64,000 bases of DNA from positions 62,891-126,890 of the forward strand of contig JBBCAX010000033.1 of NCBI GenBank assembly GCA_051382335.1. The letters run 5' to 3'. Source of the DNA: Deltaproteobacteria bacterium TL4. Lineage in GTDB: Bacteria; SAR324; NAC60-12. This document shows, one piece after another, positions 31,667-42,984 of this stretch (its first letter is position 1; every line of letters begins with the position of its first letter). Made by a program: the position numbers and the translations under genes. The notes beneath the pieces were generated by a model. It worked only from the letters and a program-made list of their open reading frames with translations. It was not told the origin of the DNA and did not search any database.

Positions 31667-33649
31667 TTAGAACTTGAAGCGATGGACTAAATTGGTCAGA
31701 CTCGTAGAAAGTTCGCCCATCACATGAGAAACCTTTTCCTGTTCTGTGATGACCTTGTCCATATCCTGAAGTAAGATTGAGTTTTCGTTACTAATATTGG
31801 TTAGGCGATCCATAGAGTCCACAATATTGCGAATACTATCTCTTTGTTCTTGCGTTGAAGAAGAGATGCCGTGAATAATCCCTGCGACTTTTTGTGTTTT
31901 TTGAATAATTTTCTGCAGGGTTCCATGGACATTCTGAGCCGCTTCCTGTCCTCGGTTGATACGGAGGTTGGATTCTTCAATAATTCTTGAAATCTCACTG
32001 GTTGATTCTCCAGAACGTTCCGCCAGTCGACGTACTTCATCAGCGACCACAGCAAATCCCTTTCCCTGTTCTCCGGCTTTGGCGGCTTCAATCGCGGCAT
32101 TGAGTGAGAGCAAGTTGGTTTGGTTGGATATTTCTCCAATGGTGGTAATGATATTATTCATTTGATCCGCACTATCCGCAATCAGTTCCATGCCTCTCAA
32201 CATGTCTTTGACCGCAGTATTTGCTTGCTCGGCTTCATTGCTGGTTTCTGTCATAACGCCAGAGGCTTGCTGTGCATTGTTGGCAATAGCTCCAACGGAA
32301 TCTCGTATTTCTGTAGTCACATCTGAGGTTTGTTGAATGGCGGCAACTTGCTCCCCCGCACCCTGGGTAATCCGATGTGCCGTTTTCGCAATTTCCTTCA
32401 GGGCTCTTTCCAAATTATGCCCAACCGCTGAAACTTGCGTTGCTTGTTTATCGACGGATTTGATGATGCCATGAAGTTGTTCTATAAAGCGATTAAAATA
32501 CTCTGTGATCTTTCCCAGTTCTCCAGAGTCTCGAATATGAAGTCGAGAGCGTAAATCGCCTTCACCTTCAATGAGTTGGTGAAAAGCATTGCTAATAGAA
32601 CGTAGCTTTTTAACCGCTTTCTGCATCAGGAAAACGCAAAGAACAATCAAGATCATGAGAGAAATCCCAATTACCGTAATTTGTGAGATGGCGAAATGGA
32701 TCAATCCTTCAAATAACTCATACCGTTTGTCTACAACAATGAGCTGCAATCCAAATTCAGGCAACATACGGGAGCTATACACCCAATCCGCATACTCACC
32801 AAAGTTAACGTCATCCGCTTCAATCACATGCTTATAAATGGCGGGAGCCAAAAGTTTATCCGGAGCCTGGTTTTGAAAAACCGCCTTTGTGACGTTGAGC
32901 CCCGTAAACGCAATGACCTTATTTTTTCTTTTGTCCGTTTTCTCTCCATTCCTAAAAAACACCTCTTCTTTAAATAAACTCTCCCGTTCAATCAGCAGGG
33001 CGTACCCACTCTCCCCAAGTTGCATTTCTGAAATAATTTTGGTCAGTTCCCCAATACTGATGTCAACAGAAGCAACCCCTACAAATTTACCCTCACTCCT
33101 GATGGGAACACTGACGCGTTTCATAATCATATTTTCTGAGTTTTCATTGGCATAGGCACGAGTCCATATCGGTTTATCCAATTCTTTAGGTGCGTTATAC
33201 CAACTCCAGGTATGGTAGTCATAAGCATCAGAACTCAAAATCCATTCAAATTTGATTTCTCGCTCAGGAGAAGTGGTATAACCTTGAGACATCGCATAAT
33301 TTTTATTATCAAACCACCCAGGCTCAAACGCAAAGGCCGCACCATAAATAGAGGGGTTGCTGACTACAAGATGCTTTGTAAAAAGCCCAATTTTTTCCAT
33401 ACCTTGAGCATTAAAATCTGCAGCGGCTAAGGCCGTAATCTGGGGAATCCCCTGTTGTGCCTGGAAATAGGTGGAAATGCGTGTGCTTAAGGTGTCTACA
33501 TTCTTGGAAAAGTTCTCTTTGATACTCGTTTTCAAAATTCTGCTAATGGAAGAATATCCCGCTACTCCTGAGCCAATAAGCGCAATGGTGCTGATGCAAA
33601 CCAGTAATATCAATATGGCACGAATGGACAATCGTTCTAATATTTTCAT
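31667..33649 (-). CDS. Methyl-accepting chemotaxis protein with dCache sensor and HAMP domain
   Basis: Two TM helices; [48 protein letters not shown]. Confidence 0.95.
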   Translation of the reverse strand: MKILERLSIRAILILLVCISTIALIGSGVAGYSSISRILKTSIKENFSKNVDTLSTRISTYFQAQQGIPQITALAAADFNAQGMEKIGLFTKHLVVSNPSIYGAAFAFEPGWFDNKNYAMSQGYTTSPEREIKFEWILSSDAYDYHTWSWYNAPKELDKPIWTRAYANENSENMIMKRVSVPIRSEGKFVGVASVDISIGELTKIISEMQLGESGYALLIERESLFKEEVFFRNGEKTDKRKNKVIAFTGLNVTKAVFQNQAPDKLLAPAIYKHVIEADDVNFGEYADWVYSSRMLPEFGLQLIVVDKRYELFEGLIHFAISQITVIGISLMILIVLCVFLMQKAVKKLRSISNAFHQLIEGEGDLRSRLHIRDSGELGKITEYFNRFIEQLHGIIKSVDKQATQVSAVGHNLERALKEIAKTAHRITQGAGEQVAAIQQTSDVTTEIRDSVGAIANNAQQASGVMTETSNEAEQANTAVKDMLRGMELIADSADQMNNIITTIGEISNQTNLLSLNAAIEAAKAGEQGKGFAVVADEVRRLAERSGESTSEISRIIEESNLRINRGQEAAQNVHGTLQKIIQKTQKVAGIIHGISSSTQEQRDSIRNIVDSMDRLTNISNENSILLQDMDKVITEQEKVSHVMGELSTSLTNLVHRFKF

Positions 33650-34290
33650 GCAATTCTCCTTATTCCTCTATTCTCTGACAAACATTTAAAAAACTGTGAT
33701 TTTTATGTGCACAAGCTTGCACAATCCAGACCTAACTTTTCGTCAAACCCCCAACCCAATGCGAGAAAATAATAACTTCAGTGCCTCAGCTTTCAGGTTT
33801 GCGCTGGGAACAGGAAGGTTTAAAACCTATCTACTCCTTTTCACACAAAACGTAAAGCAATCCTAGTATCCATTATTGACATCTTCTCTTATAAAAAGCT
33901 ATGGGTAAATATGATGTGGAATTTAAATGCCATTTCATTGTTGGGCTTCTAAAGAGTTGTTCTTGCCAAAATAGAAAAAGAAGGAAAGACTTTCGATTAA
34001 AACAAGTAATAGAAATTTTTCATTAAAGAAAATGTTCGTAAGAATTTTTGAAACCATAATTGTTCTCGTTTGCCTAATATTTTGTAATCATGGACTTAAG
34101 ATAGTTGACGACTGCTTATTCAAACTCAACCAGAGGCTACAATGAAAACTATAGAAATCTTCTTGTCGCTCAGGACTCAACTCCCGCCAGTCCACATCCC
34201 TCCACGCCAAAGTCTGTAACAATGGTTCAGACTTTTTCCTCAAGCGATGTTTCGCTTCAGGGTTTGAAGATTTTGGGCTTTCAAGGCCAG

Positions 34291-35028
34291 CTAGGTGGCC
34301 TGTGAAAGAGCCTGAAGCGGATGAAATAAATCGGGGGCATGATGTGCCGACAAGCCTTGGGTGATGTGGTTTAACAACCCTTTTCCTTCATCACTTCCCA
34401 CCTGAATCACCTCCACCGGCATTCCCTTCATGGCCTTTGAGAGTTCCTCCGTCCCTGTTTTTCCTTCACGATGGGGCGCATAGGTTTCCAAAACGATATA
34501 ATTCGAGACCGCTTCCAGTCCCACTAGACAGAGTTGATCCTCATGAAAGGTTTCATCCTCTAACATCGTAATCCGCTTGGGACTCATCCCCGCTGATAAG
34601 CGAGCCCCTTCTTCCTTCTGATAATGACGAATCAACTCCGCCACTTCCTGCCCAAACGAGCTTTGACTCCCGTGAGAGGAACCCACAAAGGACGAACTTT
34701 GACTTAACTCCAAAAAATGGCAGAGGACATCGATTCCACAATGGCCATTTTGTGAAAAACAAAGGTGGGCCGCCAAAACAACTCCTTTGAGAAACTCAAA
34801 TCCGACTGTACTTTCAAAAAATGCCACCACTTCAGGCGGTTGCTTGATCTTTTGTCTTCGTTCATCCCAGTGTCGTACCGTACTTCGAGGTACTCCAATA
34901 GCTTGAGATGCGTTTTCCTGCGTCATTCCGGATTGCCTTATCTGACGATAGTTCTCCAAATGGACAATACCGGATTCTCGACTGGAGTGTGTTACACTGT
35001 TTGTTGCTGGGGTTGGATTGGATGACAT
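34291..35028 (-). pseudogene. Truncated DDE transposase-like gene (DUF6399-type)
   Basis: N-terminal HTH (TQENASQAIGVPRSTVRHW); DETFH, EAVSNYI, SDEGKGL, PDLFH. Early TAG at 34291 with degenerate sequence beyond; possible element end near 35106-35131. Confidence 0.65.
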
Positions 35029-35152
35029 CGGAATTCCTCATAGAGAAAAGTGGAAAAATTCCTTCCTTTTTTCAAATTCCTTCCTGTTTGTCTATCCTTG
35101 GATTGCCTCCATTTTGGCGAAACGATGACTATGGCCCTGAAGGCCTTCAATT

Positions 35153-36790
35153 TCAGCTCAACGATTGATAGGCAAGATTGAGTCCTTCAATCAGATCCAT
35201 GGCGCTCATGTAGGGAGACGTGAGTTTATCTTTCAAACAGTCCGCGGATAAACCGTGCAGATAAACCCCGGCTAATGCGGCTTGAAGCGGATCACAACCT
35301 TGAGCCAGGAAACCGCCAATGATCCCGCTCAATACATCCCCTGAGCCTCCTGTTGCCATGCCTTCATTTCCTGTTGGATTAATAAACACACTTCCCTCAG
35401 GGCTGGCAACCAAACTATTGGCCCCTTTCAGTAAAAGAACAACCTCCCACTCTTCCGCATATTGACGTGCGGTTTCAATTCGACGATTTTGAATTTCTGC
35501 GGTATTCAAGCCGCAAAGTCTCGATAATTCTTTGGGGTGAGGCGTAATCACCGTGGGCCCCTTTCGCTTTTTTAAGAGAGCGGCGTTGATATTATTTAGG
35601 CCATCGGCATCCAGCAAAATAGGCTTTTCTGTGTTAAGGATCAATTCTCGAATGAAAGGACCGGTTTTCGCATGTTGCCCCACGCCACATCCCACAACAG
35701 CGGCATCTCTTAATTGAAGCTGAGCCAGAACAAAGGGAAGCTGAGCTTGGGAAAAGTGTTTACTTTTCCCAGAAGGAACCAGAGTCATGATTTCAGGAGG
35801 TTGGCAGGGTAAGGCGTCTCGCAGACAAGCAGGCACACAGGCGGAAACCAGGCCTGTTCCATTTTTCAAGGCCGCATAGCTTGCCATCGTGGCCGCACCG
35901 CCCATGCCCGCAGAGCCGCAAACTGTCAGTAAATGCCCGAACGACCCTTTATGAGCGCTTGCGGAACGTTTGGGGAGAAGTTGGCGAATGAAAGGATGAT
36001 TCAATAAATAAACTGATTTTTCAGAAGGTTCCCAATATTTTGGAATAGAAATATCGGGTATTTCTATTTTCCCCGCATATTCTGCCCCTGGATATTGATG
36101 ACAGCCTTGTTTTCCTACTTGAAAGCTCACAGTCAGGTCACAGCATGTCGCGATTCCCATAATTCGGCTATCGTCAGAATGGACACCAGACGGAATATCA
36201 ACCGCGACACGAATCGCGGTCAATTGATTGATGGTTTCAATCCACTCCCGATAGATCCCTTCAATCTCGCGCTCTAATCCGGTCCCAAAGATAGCGTCAA
36301 TGAGAATATCAGCCTCCGCCATGAGGGACTGCGCTTCCTTTCCCGGATAGGAGAGACTTGCTCCGAAATGGGACCATAGTTTTTGATTCAACTGCGCGTC
36401 CTCAGACCTCGCCGGTCCTGTTTCTATCACAGTAACCTGATAGCCTCTATTCTTCAACAGCCTCGCGATGGCGTATCCGTCACCTCCATTATTGCCTTTC
36501 CCGCAACAGACCACAATCGTAGCCTCAGGTTTTTCCCTTAGATAATGGTGTTCCACAGAATCCGCAACACTCCTGGCTGCGTTCTCCATGAGCACGATTC
36601 CTGGAATGCCTAAATCCTGAATGGCTCTTCGATCCATTTCTTGCATGGATTTTGCGGTACATAAACGAGTTAAAAGATGAAGATAATTTTTAATCTGAAA
36701 CGTCTGTTTGATCGGCATGGCCTGTAATTCATGAAGTTGTTGCGTGTGCTTCTTGTTGAAGCAATTTACTGTATTATAGAGGAGGAACAC
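35153..36790 (-). CDS. nnr: Bifunctional NAD(P)H-hydrate epimerase/dehydratase
   Basis: LMENAA, GKGNNGGDG, DAIFGTG, AVDIPSG; HKGSFG, LLDADG, TPHPKE, MATGGSGDVL. True start is probably downstream of 36790. Confidence 0.95.
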   Translation of the reverse strand: MFLLYNTVNCFNKKHTQQLHELQAMPIKQTFQIKNYLHLLTRLCTAKSMQEMDRRAIQDLGIPGIVLMENAARSVADSVEHHYLREKPEATIVVCCGKGNNGGDGYAIARLLKNRGYQVTVIETGPARSEDAQLNQKLWSHFGASLSYPGKEAQSLMAEADILIDAIFGTGLEREIEGIYREWIETINQLTAIRVAVDIPSGVHSDDSRIMGIATCCDLTVSFQVGKQGCHQYPGAEYAGKIEIPDISIPKYWEPSEKSVYLLNHPFIRQLLPKRSASAHKGSFGHLLTVCGSAGMGGAATMASYAALKNGTGLVSACVPACLRDALPCQPPEIMTLVPSGKSKHFSQAQLPFVLAQLQLRDAAVVGCGVGQHAKTGPFIRELILNTEKPILLDADGLNNINAALLKKRKGPTVITPHPKELSRLCGLNTAEIQNRRIETARQYAEEWEVVLLLKGANSLVASPEGSVFINPTGNEGMATGGSGDVLSGIIGGFLAQGCDPLQAALAGVYLHGLSADCLKDKLTSPYMSAMDLIEGLNLAYQSLS

Positions 36791-36913
36791 TTCCTTATCA
36801 ATATTTTAATTGGACTCTCAGCGGATGCAAATAATGCTGGTTCAGCAGGGTTCTTACTTTATGATGATTGCGGCACAAAACGATGGGACAAGCTCAATCC
36901 GAGGCTTGGTCGC

Positions 36914-38209
36914 TTAGAAAGTGGTTTGATACGACAGATGGCCTCCATCCCAAAAATTACCCAGTAAATCATCCATATTCCAGCTCGTCGTCAGCAACAA
37001 ATAATCACTCCTTGTATAACGGTATTCCCAGCTAATCCGAAGTTTAGACTCCAAAGAATGCCCCTCTGTATCTTTTTTGACATTGGTTATAAAATCCTGG
37101 AGTTCCTTTGAATCCCCGTTGTATAAGCCAAACTCCCAGGAAGCGTTTTCCGTATAAGCCCTTAAAAGAAGGAGATACAATTGCAGCGTCTGATAATAAT
37201 AATCAAGACTCTGATGCTCATTGGAAAGATTTCTCAGGGTATTTTGAATACGATCATACTGGATTCCCACAGTGAGATGTGATTTGGAAGTGAGTTGATC
37301 CAACCAGTATATATCCGCAGAGTGGTATGACATCTCCTGCTTACTGTTATTGGCACCCTCATCCGTATTCGGGGTCAATCGGGCTTTTTTAAAGTCGAAC
37401 CCCTGGTAAGAGAAACCGAATAAACGCTGGGCTGAGAGAAAGCAGTCCAAAATTATTTTTCCTTCCTGCCCTTCATGAGTGAATGAAGTGTTTTGTTCGG
37501 GAAACTTCATACTTAAGGGATGGTCCCTCCTCCAGGAAAAACGTCCCTGCACCCTATTCGGAAGACGAAACGCCCCTTCTAACCGAGTCTCTCTGGGTTC
37601 TTGAATATAATAGGAATCATCATAAAAATTCTTTTCATTATAAAATACATCCTGATTCAATTGTGAGAATTTCAAGTAATGCCATCGGGAATCGCCAATA
37701 ATAAAACCTCCCCCCAGATCCGCATCCCGTTTGTCATAAGCGGGGGTACCCATTGCGAAAAAAGCCAAAGGTTCCCAAAAATGAAATTCAATTTCTACAA
37801 GCTGCCGCATAGGTTTGATGGCATAAAATTCATTCTGCCACAGTTTTAACTCAACAGTCACCCACTCGGAAAGCTTGCGGCGCCATTTCATTTCCATTGA
37901 GACATACAGTAAATCCACACCCAAACTGCCGCCAGAACCTCTCCAACCACTATCACTTTCGTACCAAAGGTCCTCCATTTCTTTTCGAAATTGATAGGCT
38001 TTCAAATCGAGAAAATTTTCTCGTTTAAAATCAATCAGATTGATTGTCCGGTCATTATCAAAAGCCCACGTCCTCTGTGAAAGAGATAAAAAAGCCATAA
38101 CCATAATAATCCACATCGCATAACAAAGAAACCAACTGATTTTTATAAATATTATGCTATCATCCTGAGTGTTGGAATCATGCATGGTAACCTTCTGGAT
38201 GTAATTCAC
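36914..38209 (-). CDS. Hypothetical outer-membrane beta-barrel protein
   Basis: Signal-like N-terminus (TWA-F); aromatic-rich alternating strands; ends YQTTF. Confidence 0.6.
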   Translation of the reverse strand: MNYIQKVTMHDSNTQDDSIIFIKISWFLCYAMWIIMVMAFLSLSQRTWAFDNDRTINLIDFKRENFLDLKAYQFRKEMEDLWYESDSGWRGSGGSLGVDLLYVSMEMKWRRKLSEWVTVELKLWQNEFYAIKPMRQLVEIEFHFWEPLAFFAMGTPAYDKRDADLGGGFIIGDSRWHYLKFSQLNQDVFYNEKNFYDDSYYIQEPRETRLEGAFRLPNRVQGRFSWRRDHPLSMKFPEQNTSFTHEGQEGKIILDCFLSAQRLFGFSYQGFDFKKARLTPNTDEGANNSKQEMSYHSADIYWLDQLTSKSHLTVGIQYDRIQNTLRNLSNEHQSLDYYYQTLQLYLLLLRAYTENASWEFGLYNGDSKELQDFITNVKKDTEGHSLESKLRISWEYRYTRSDYLLLTTSWNMDDLLGNFWDGGHLSYQTTF

Positions 38210-38333
38210 GAAGAAACGTCTACTAAAATTAGTGAAATTATGGCAGATAACAGGAATAAAGAAAAGACAATGGTAACCTTTATGTCTTTGTGACTTAACG
38301 TCGTTACCATAATCATGGAATTCAGGATTTGAT

Positions 38334-38876
38334 GTGAGAGAAGATCCGATGGCTCTTGGAATAAATCAGTTGACACCAAAGAAGATGAGGAAATGGCTCT
38401 TGATCGTGAGCAGTTTTTTTGTTGCGACGTTCGCACAGGGTTCCCGAGACCCCTTGTCGGATTTTTTTCCAACCTTGGATGGGGGAAAATTTAGTTTCAG
38501 TCAACTTAAAAATTACCCCGTCCTGCTGATTGTCGGCCCTCATCAGGATTTAGCTAAATCGGCTACAGAGTTGTATAATACGTTGTTCCCTCAATATCCT
38601 GAAAAAATCTTTTTACTCCTCTCACCGAATTATTCTTTTTATATCCCAAAGACGCTTGTCTTAACGTTAATGGAAATCGAGGTCCCTGAACAGGCAAAAA
38701 AGCATGTTATTTTAGATTGGACACGAGAACTGGCAAAATATTTTTTTGTTCATGGCAGCGAATTCCCGATGGTTTTCCTTTTGGAAGACAGAGGCGTAAC
38801 CTTGGGAAGATATCGGTATACCACGGTCAAAGACGCAGTAGAATTTGTTTCTGAAACTTTAGCAGATCAATTATGA
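38334..38876 (+). CDS. Hypothetical exported protein, possibly thioredoxin-like fold without CxxC
   Basis: Signal peptide (TFA-Q); FPTLDGGKFSFSQLK..VLLI and VILDW patterns. Start likely 38385. Confidence 0.55.
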   Translation: MREDPMALGINQLTPKKMRKWLLIVSSFFVATFAQGSRDPLSDFFPTLDGGKFSFSQLKNYPVLLIVGPHQDLAKSATELYNTLFPQYPEKIFLLLSPNYSFYIPKTLVLTLMEIEVPEQAKKHVILDWTRELAKYFFVHGSEFPMVFLLEDRGVTLGRYRYTTVKDAVEFVSETLADQL

Positions 38877-39039
38877 ATGCGATAGAGAGTTTCCTTTATA
38901 TGGGCTTACGGATTAAACGGATGATAGGGTTGTTATTGAGGAAAAGGCGATCCCCTTATTTTGAACTCCTTTTTAATCGAGTCGATCCGTGTAATTCTGT
39001 GAGCTATTTTTTTAAAAAGCCATCACTGACGAGGTCCTT

Positions 39040-41295
39040 ATGGAAGTGATTGAATTTTCAAAGTTGATTCATTTTTTAAAACACCCCTCCCGTCAAGTAA
39101 AAATGTGGGCAGCCTTTCAACTGGGTGAATATTGGCAAGAGCGAATAGAGGACTTTGCCGGGATCTTATTGGATTCAGAAATAATGGAAATCAAGGAATC
39201 CGCGATTTATCTGATTGGTCGTTATCGGTTGCAACAATATGCGTTCCCCATCTTTAGGATCTTCAACCAGGCGAATACCCCCCTGAAACAAGCTTGCGCC
39301 ACCACGCTTGCGGAAATTCAATATGAAAACATCGAACAGCCCTTATGGGATTGGTTCCAAACGTTAAGTGAACACAAAGAACTAAAAAACTCAGATCTCC
39401 AATGCGCGGCCCGTAGCCTTTTACTTTATGATTCCAAGGCCTGTTGGTGGAAAATTGAAAAGATCCTGCCACAACACTATGAGAGTCATCTGAAATCCCT
39501 CACTATTTTTGGAGCACTTTGCGATGCGACCCATCAGGGAGATCAGATTAAAGCACTAACCCGGCATTATATCTATTATCGGAAAAATTTTACTGACCCT
39601 CAGTTTTTTCAACACCTGGCCTCAGTTCTTGAAAACCCGGAAATCATAGAACATGTCTGTAACCGAATGGGATTTGGCTATTCCATTCGACTGTTGTATC
39701 AGGAGTGTTTGAATCTGTTGGGATGGAATGTGACACCGGAAGCCATTAGTCTTTTAAATGAAATTGACACTTGTCGAGGCGGAAATGAAACAGAAAAAAT
39801 CCCTGCGAAACTCTTGGCCTTGATCCATAGCTTAAGTGCTGATTCCAACGACTCTCAAGAACGAACATTTTTAGAATGTTTTAATGACATTATTGAATCC
39901 GGATGGGATGAAACTATTTTAAAAATTCAAGAACAGGAAACTTATTTCTTGCTAGCGTTACCTCTCACTTATTTTATCAAACAGTCTGAAAAGGAATGCC
40001 TTGAATCGGCTTTGGAACATTTTCTGCGAATAGCTCGCATTTATCACTCCTCCCTGCTGCGATTCGATTTCATGAATAAAATCATCAATCTTCTCCACAC
40101 GCTTTCCCAGAAAGGACCCATTCCTTCAATACCCGTAACATCCACGATCAACGATTTCCCCAAAGACGCGCTCTGGAAACTGGCCACTCAACGGCTTGAA
40201 ACTACCGATTATCCGTTTCCTTCCGCCTTACCGAAACCTTGGAAATACGAAATCCCTTTTGTTCTTCCCAAGCTTGCTGAGATTTATAAAAAGGATTTTG
40301 ATCATTTGGTAATTTCAGCGCAACACGAACACATTGACTATGCGCTTGAATTATTTACCAAAAAATCGGATCCAGCGGTGATTGAGATGATGCTCAAACA
40401 TTTCCCTTTATTGATTAATCAGCATTTTCATTTGTTTGTTGACTTTATAGAACAAATTCCAGACGAAAGATTCATTGAAAGACTCAAACAGCATTATCGT
40501 GAAGGAGAAGCCGAAATTGCCCAACTCATTGGGCTGATTTGCACGCTGCATGAAATTGAAAACACGCTTCAACCCCAGTTTTTTCAAGATCACCCCCATG
40601 AGTTAGGGCCTTTTGTACGCATCTTGTGCCCTGAATGTCAGGCGTCATACCGCTATGTGATCTCAGTCCTCTATTTTGATAAAGAATTAATGGAGCAACG
40701 CCGATTTTTTACCAATAATGACTTATGGACTTCCAATGTCTTGAACTGCAAGAATTGTAATGCCATCTTACCCTTACAGGTTGATAAGAGTTTTCTTTCC
40801 AATTTATACGCGGAAGTCCTTACCGCTCAGTTGCTTCAGTTGAATGAAGAAGAAAAAAAATTAATGGAACCTTTTAAACCTCTGGTTTTTCCACGATATT
40901 TTGGGAAAAAAACCAATCCCGCTATTTTTTTGAAAAAAGTTGAAGCGGATTTGAGAGGAGATCGGTTATCAATACTTGAACGGAGTGAGTTATTGTTAGA
41001 ATCAGGGAAACTCTATCTTGCGTTGGAACGTCTGGAGGACGCACAGGAAGCCTTCCGCCAAAGTATCAAACTGGTGGGTAATCAACCTCATTCCCTTTTT
41101 CATCTGGGCGTCATTGCGTATAGACAAAAAAATATCTATGATGCCCGTTTATTCTTTTCCCGCTTGATCAGCATCAGTGCTCCTGAAGATTTTGCCTTGG
41201 AGGAAGAAAATCTCTATCAGTTGGCACAACATTACCTGGAAATCTTGAATCGACGGGATTTTAAACGTTCCTCCTTCAAGCTAGTACAATCATAG
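39040..41295 (+). CDS. HEAT-repeat / Zn-ribbon / TPR hypothetical protein
   Basis: GAGG RBS; N-terminal HEAT-like repeats; CPEC...CKNC; C-terminal TPR pair. Confidence 0.75.
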   Translation: MEVIEFSKLIHFLKHPSRQVKMWAAFQLGEYWQERIEDFAGILLDSEIMEIKESAIYLIGRYRLQQYAFPIFRIFNQANTPLKQACATTLAEIQYENIEQPLWDWFQTLSEHKELKNSDLQCAARSLLLYDSKACWWKIEKILPQHYESHLKSLTIFGALCDATHQGDQIKALTRHYIYYRKNFTDPQFFQHLASVLENPEIIEHVCNRMGFGYSIRLLYQECLNLLGWNVTPEAISLLNEIDTCRGGNETEKIPAKLLALIHSLSADSNDSQERTFLECFNDIIESGWDETILKIQEQETYFLLALPLTYFIKQSEKECLESALEHFLRIARIYHSSLLRFDFMNKIINLLHTLSQKGPIPSIPVTSTINDFPKDALWKLATQRLETTDYPFPSALPKPWKYEIPFVLPKLAEIYKKDFDHLVISAQHEHIDYALELFTKKSDPAVIEMMLKHFPLLINQHFHLFVDFIEQIPDERFIERLKQHYREGEAEIAQLIGLICTLHEIENTLQPQFFQDHPHELGPFVRILCPECQASYRYVISVLYFDKELMEQRRFFTNNDLWTSNVLNCKNCNAILPLQVDKSFLSNLYAEVLTAQLLQLNEEEKKLMEPFKPLVFPRYFGKKTNPAIFLKKVEADLRGDRLSILERSELLLESGKLYLALERLEDAQEAFRQSIKLVGNQPHSLFHLGVIAYRQKNIYDARLFFSRLISISAPEDFALEEENLYQLAQHYLEILNRRDFKRSSFKLVQS

Positions 41296-41297
41296 GA

Positions 41298-42500
41298 CTA
41301 AGGAATCACTTTGAGGGTTTGAAGTTTTTTAAATAACTGGAGATACATCGCTTTACTATCTTTTGTTTCTTCAAATCCCGCTTTTCTCGCTTTATCCATG
41401 GAATAAGGACAATCCCAATCAATCATCATAAAAACATCCAAACAGGTTTTCGGCATCAAATCGGTAATGGCGTTCTCTCTAAGGGCATATTTGTTGACCA
41501 TTTCAGGCCAAAGGGTTCCATTTTTTTCTATAATAGCGTCCGTTGAAACGCCATAGTCCTTCAATTGAACCTCCATCTGGAAATAGTTTCCAAATTCAGG
41601 CCACAAATCCGACCATTTGGCGGTATCGCCATTAACAGCGTTAAACACCTCATTTCGCGCGGCAGGAGTGATGGCACTCCAGACCAGTTGTTGTGCCAAC
41701 AAATCCGCACAAGAATTATCAACCGCGGTTTCATAAGTATCCAGGCTCCCGGGAAAAATCAGGGGGCGTCCGAGCTCTTTCATTACAGCAGCATAGGACG
41801 CAATCGAGGTTGCCAAGTTAAAAGGTGACTTTTCAGAATAACCAATAATGGTTGAGGGACGTAATACAGACCATGTCCAAGGTCCTGAACGCTCAGCGAT
41901 ATGATCCTCAACCTGGTAATACCAACTTTCAATGTCAAGTCGGGGAAAGTCTTCACGGAAGGGAACTTCATAATCATACACACCAGGTGCCATAAAAACA
42001 CTGCCATAATACCGTCCTCCCGTCAACGCGGCAACGTGTTGAAGCTTATGAGTCGGTTGAGTTACCGCATCAATCACACTCTTGAACAATTTCAAATTGA
42101 TCCCCTGATCTCCCAACCCCACCGCATTGGCATACGCTTGGAAGAACGCTTTTTCCGAGATCTTTCGCAGCAGCGGGGCCACTTTTTGAACCGCGTCCTG
42201 AAGGTGATGCATCATTCGTAAGCCAAGATCTGACTGGGGAAACCAATCATATTTTGCCCTGAAAATATGGGCTGTATAAAAAACATGCGTAATGCAATAC
42301 TTTTCCAATTTTGAAATCAGCTCTTCCGTGTTTAAAGCATCCGCTTGAATATAAGTCACCTGTTGAAATACAGGATGAGTTGGACAGGGCTGATTGGATA
42401 AAGCCAAAACCTCCCATTCCTGAAGTTTTGATAAATGATGAACTACCGCACTTCCCGCAACCCCTGTCGCCCCCACGACTAACGCTGTTTTCTTTTCCAT
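41298..42500 (-). CDS. Atypical SDR, PRISE (progesterone 5-beta-reductase/iridoid synthase-like) family
   Basis: GATGVAG, ITHVFY, TGGRYYG, PFRED.PR...WYYQVED, WSVLRP, FPG. Confidence 0.85.
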   Translation of the reverse strand: MEKKTALVVGATGVAGSAVVHHLSKLQEWEVLALSNQPCPTHPVFQQVTYIQADALNTEELISKLEKYCITHVFYTAHIFRAKYDWFPQSDLGLRMMHHLQDAVQKVAPLLRKISEKAFFQAYANAVGLGDQGINLKLFKSVIDAVTQPTHKLQHVAALTGGRYYGSVFMAPGVYDYEVPFREDFPRLDIESWYYQVEDHIAERSGPWTWSVLRPSTIIGYSEKSPFNLATSIASYAAVMKELGRPLIFPGSLDTYETAVDNSCADLLAQQLVWSAITPAARNEVFNAVNGDTAKWSDLWPEFGNYFQMEVQLKDYGVSTDAIIEKNGTLWPEMVNKYALRENAITDLMPKTCLDVFMMIDWDCPYSMDKARKAGFEETKDSKAMYLQLFKKLQTLKVIP

Positions 42501-42672
42501 GAATCCTGTTTTTTAAAATGCTACAATCATGCCGGATTGTCACCCCCGACTCCACCCTAAACCTCATGATTATTCACCAGAATCGCAAGCTTTAAACATC
42601 CATAAAGCTCAAGAATGAACGGATTCTACGGCTTTAATGAAGTGAGTGCCCATTTTGCGCTTAATTCGCCAT

Positions 42673-42866
42673 TATAGACGTTCATTTAAATAAATTCATT
42701 TCAATCTAACCTAGACTGTGGAGTACCAAAGCTTACTTTGGCCAAATCCAAAGAAAGGCCTTTGCCTTTCTGGCCAAAGCAAGCTTTGGCACTCCTGAAA
42801 CAGCGTTGTTTAAACGGATCACGCAACAGGATGAGTTTTCTGAATATATTTAAATGAACATCTATA
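42673..42866. mobile_element. MITE-like element with 26-bp terminal inverted repeats starting and ending in TA
   Basis: TATAGACGTTCATTTAAATAAATTCA and TGAATATATTTAAATGAACATCTATA match 24/26; no ORF inside. Confidence 0.7.
42720..42795. repeat. REP-like inverted doublet inside the MITE-like element
   Basis: GGAGTACCAAAGCTTACTTTGGCCA ... TGGCCAAAGCAAGCTTTGGCACTCC; each arm is itself a hairpin. Confidence 0.75.
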
Positions 42867-42984
42867 GTTTTAAAATTAAGCCTTTAAGAAATTGACTTTT
42901 AGCGTTAGATCCTGTTGTATATGCGCCCATATAATGAGTTCTCAACAACTTGACCCTTTGTCCCAATCAACGTGTGTCTCTATC

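Noticed and set aside
33706..33723. Sigma54 promoter or CRP site (TGTGCACAAGCTTGCACA)
   Set aside because: It lacks the GG at -24 and the spacing is wrong for CRP; only a short palindrome of unknown meaning.
33725..33830. c-di-GMP-I riboswitch upstream of the MCP gene
   Set aside because: Only loose resemblance (AAACC...GGTTTGACGAAAAG); the GNRA-capped stem and the spacing do not fit.
38906..39003. ACGGATTAAACGGAT / ATCCGTGTAATTCTGT inverted element
   Set aside because: Too degenerate to call with confidence; possibly an old repeat remnant.
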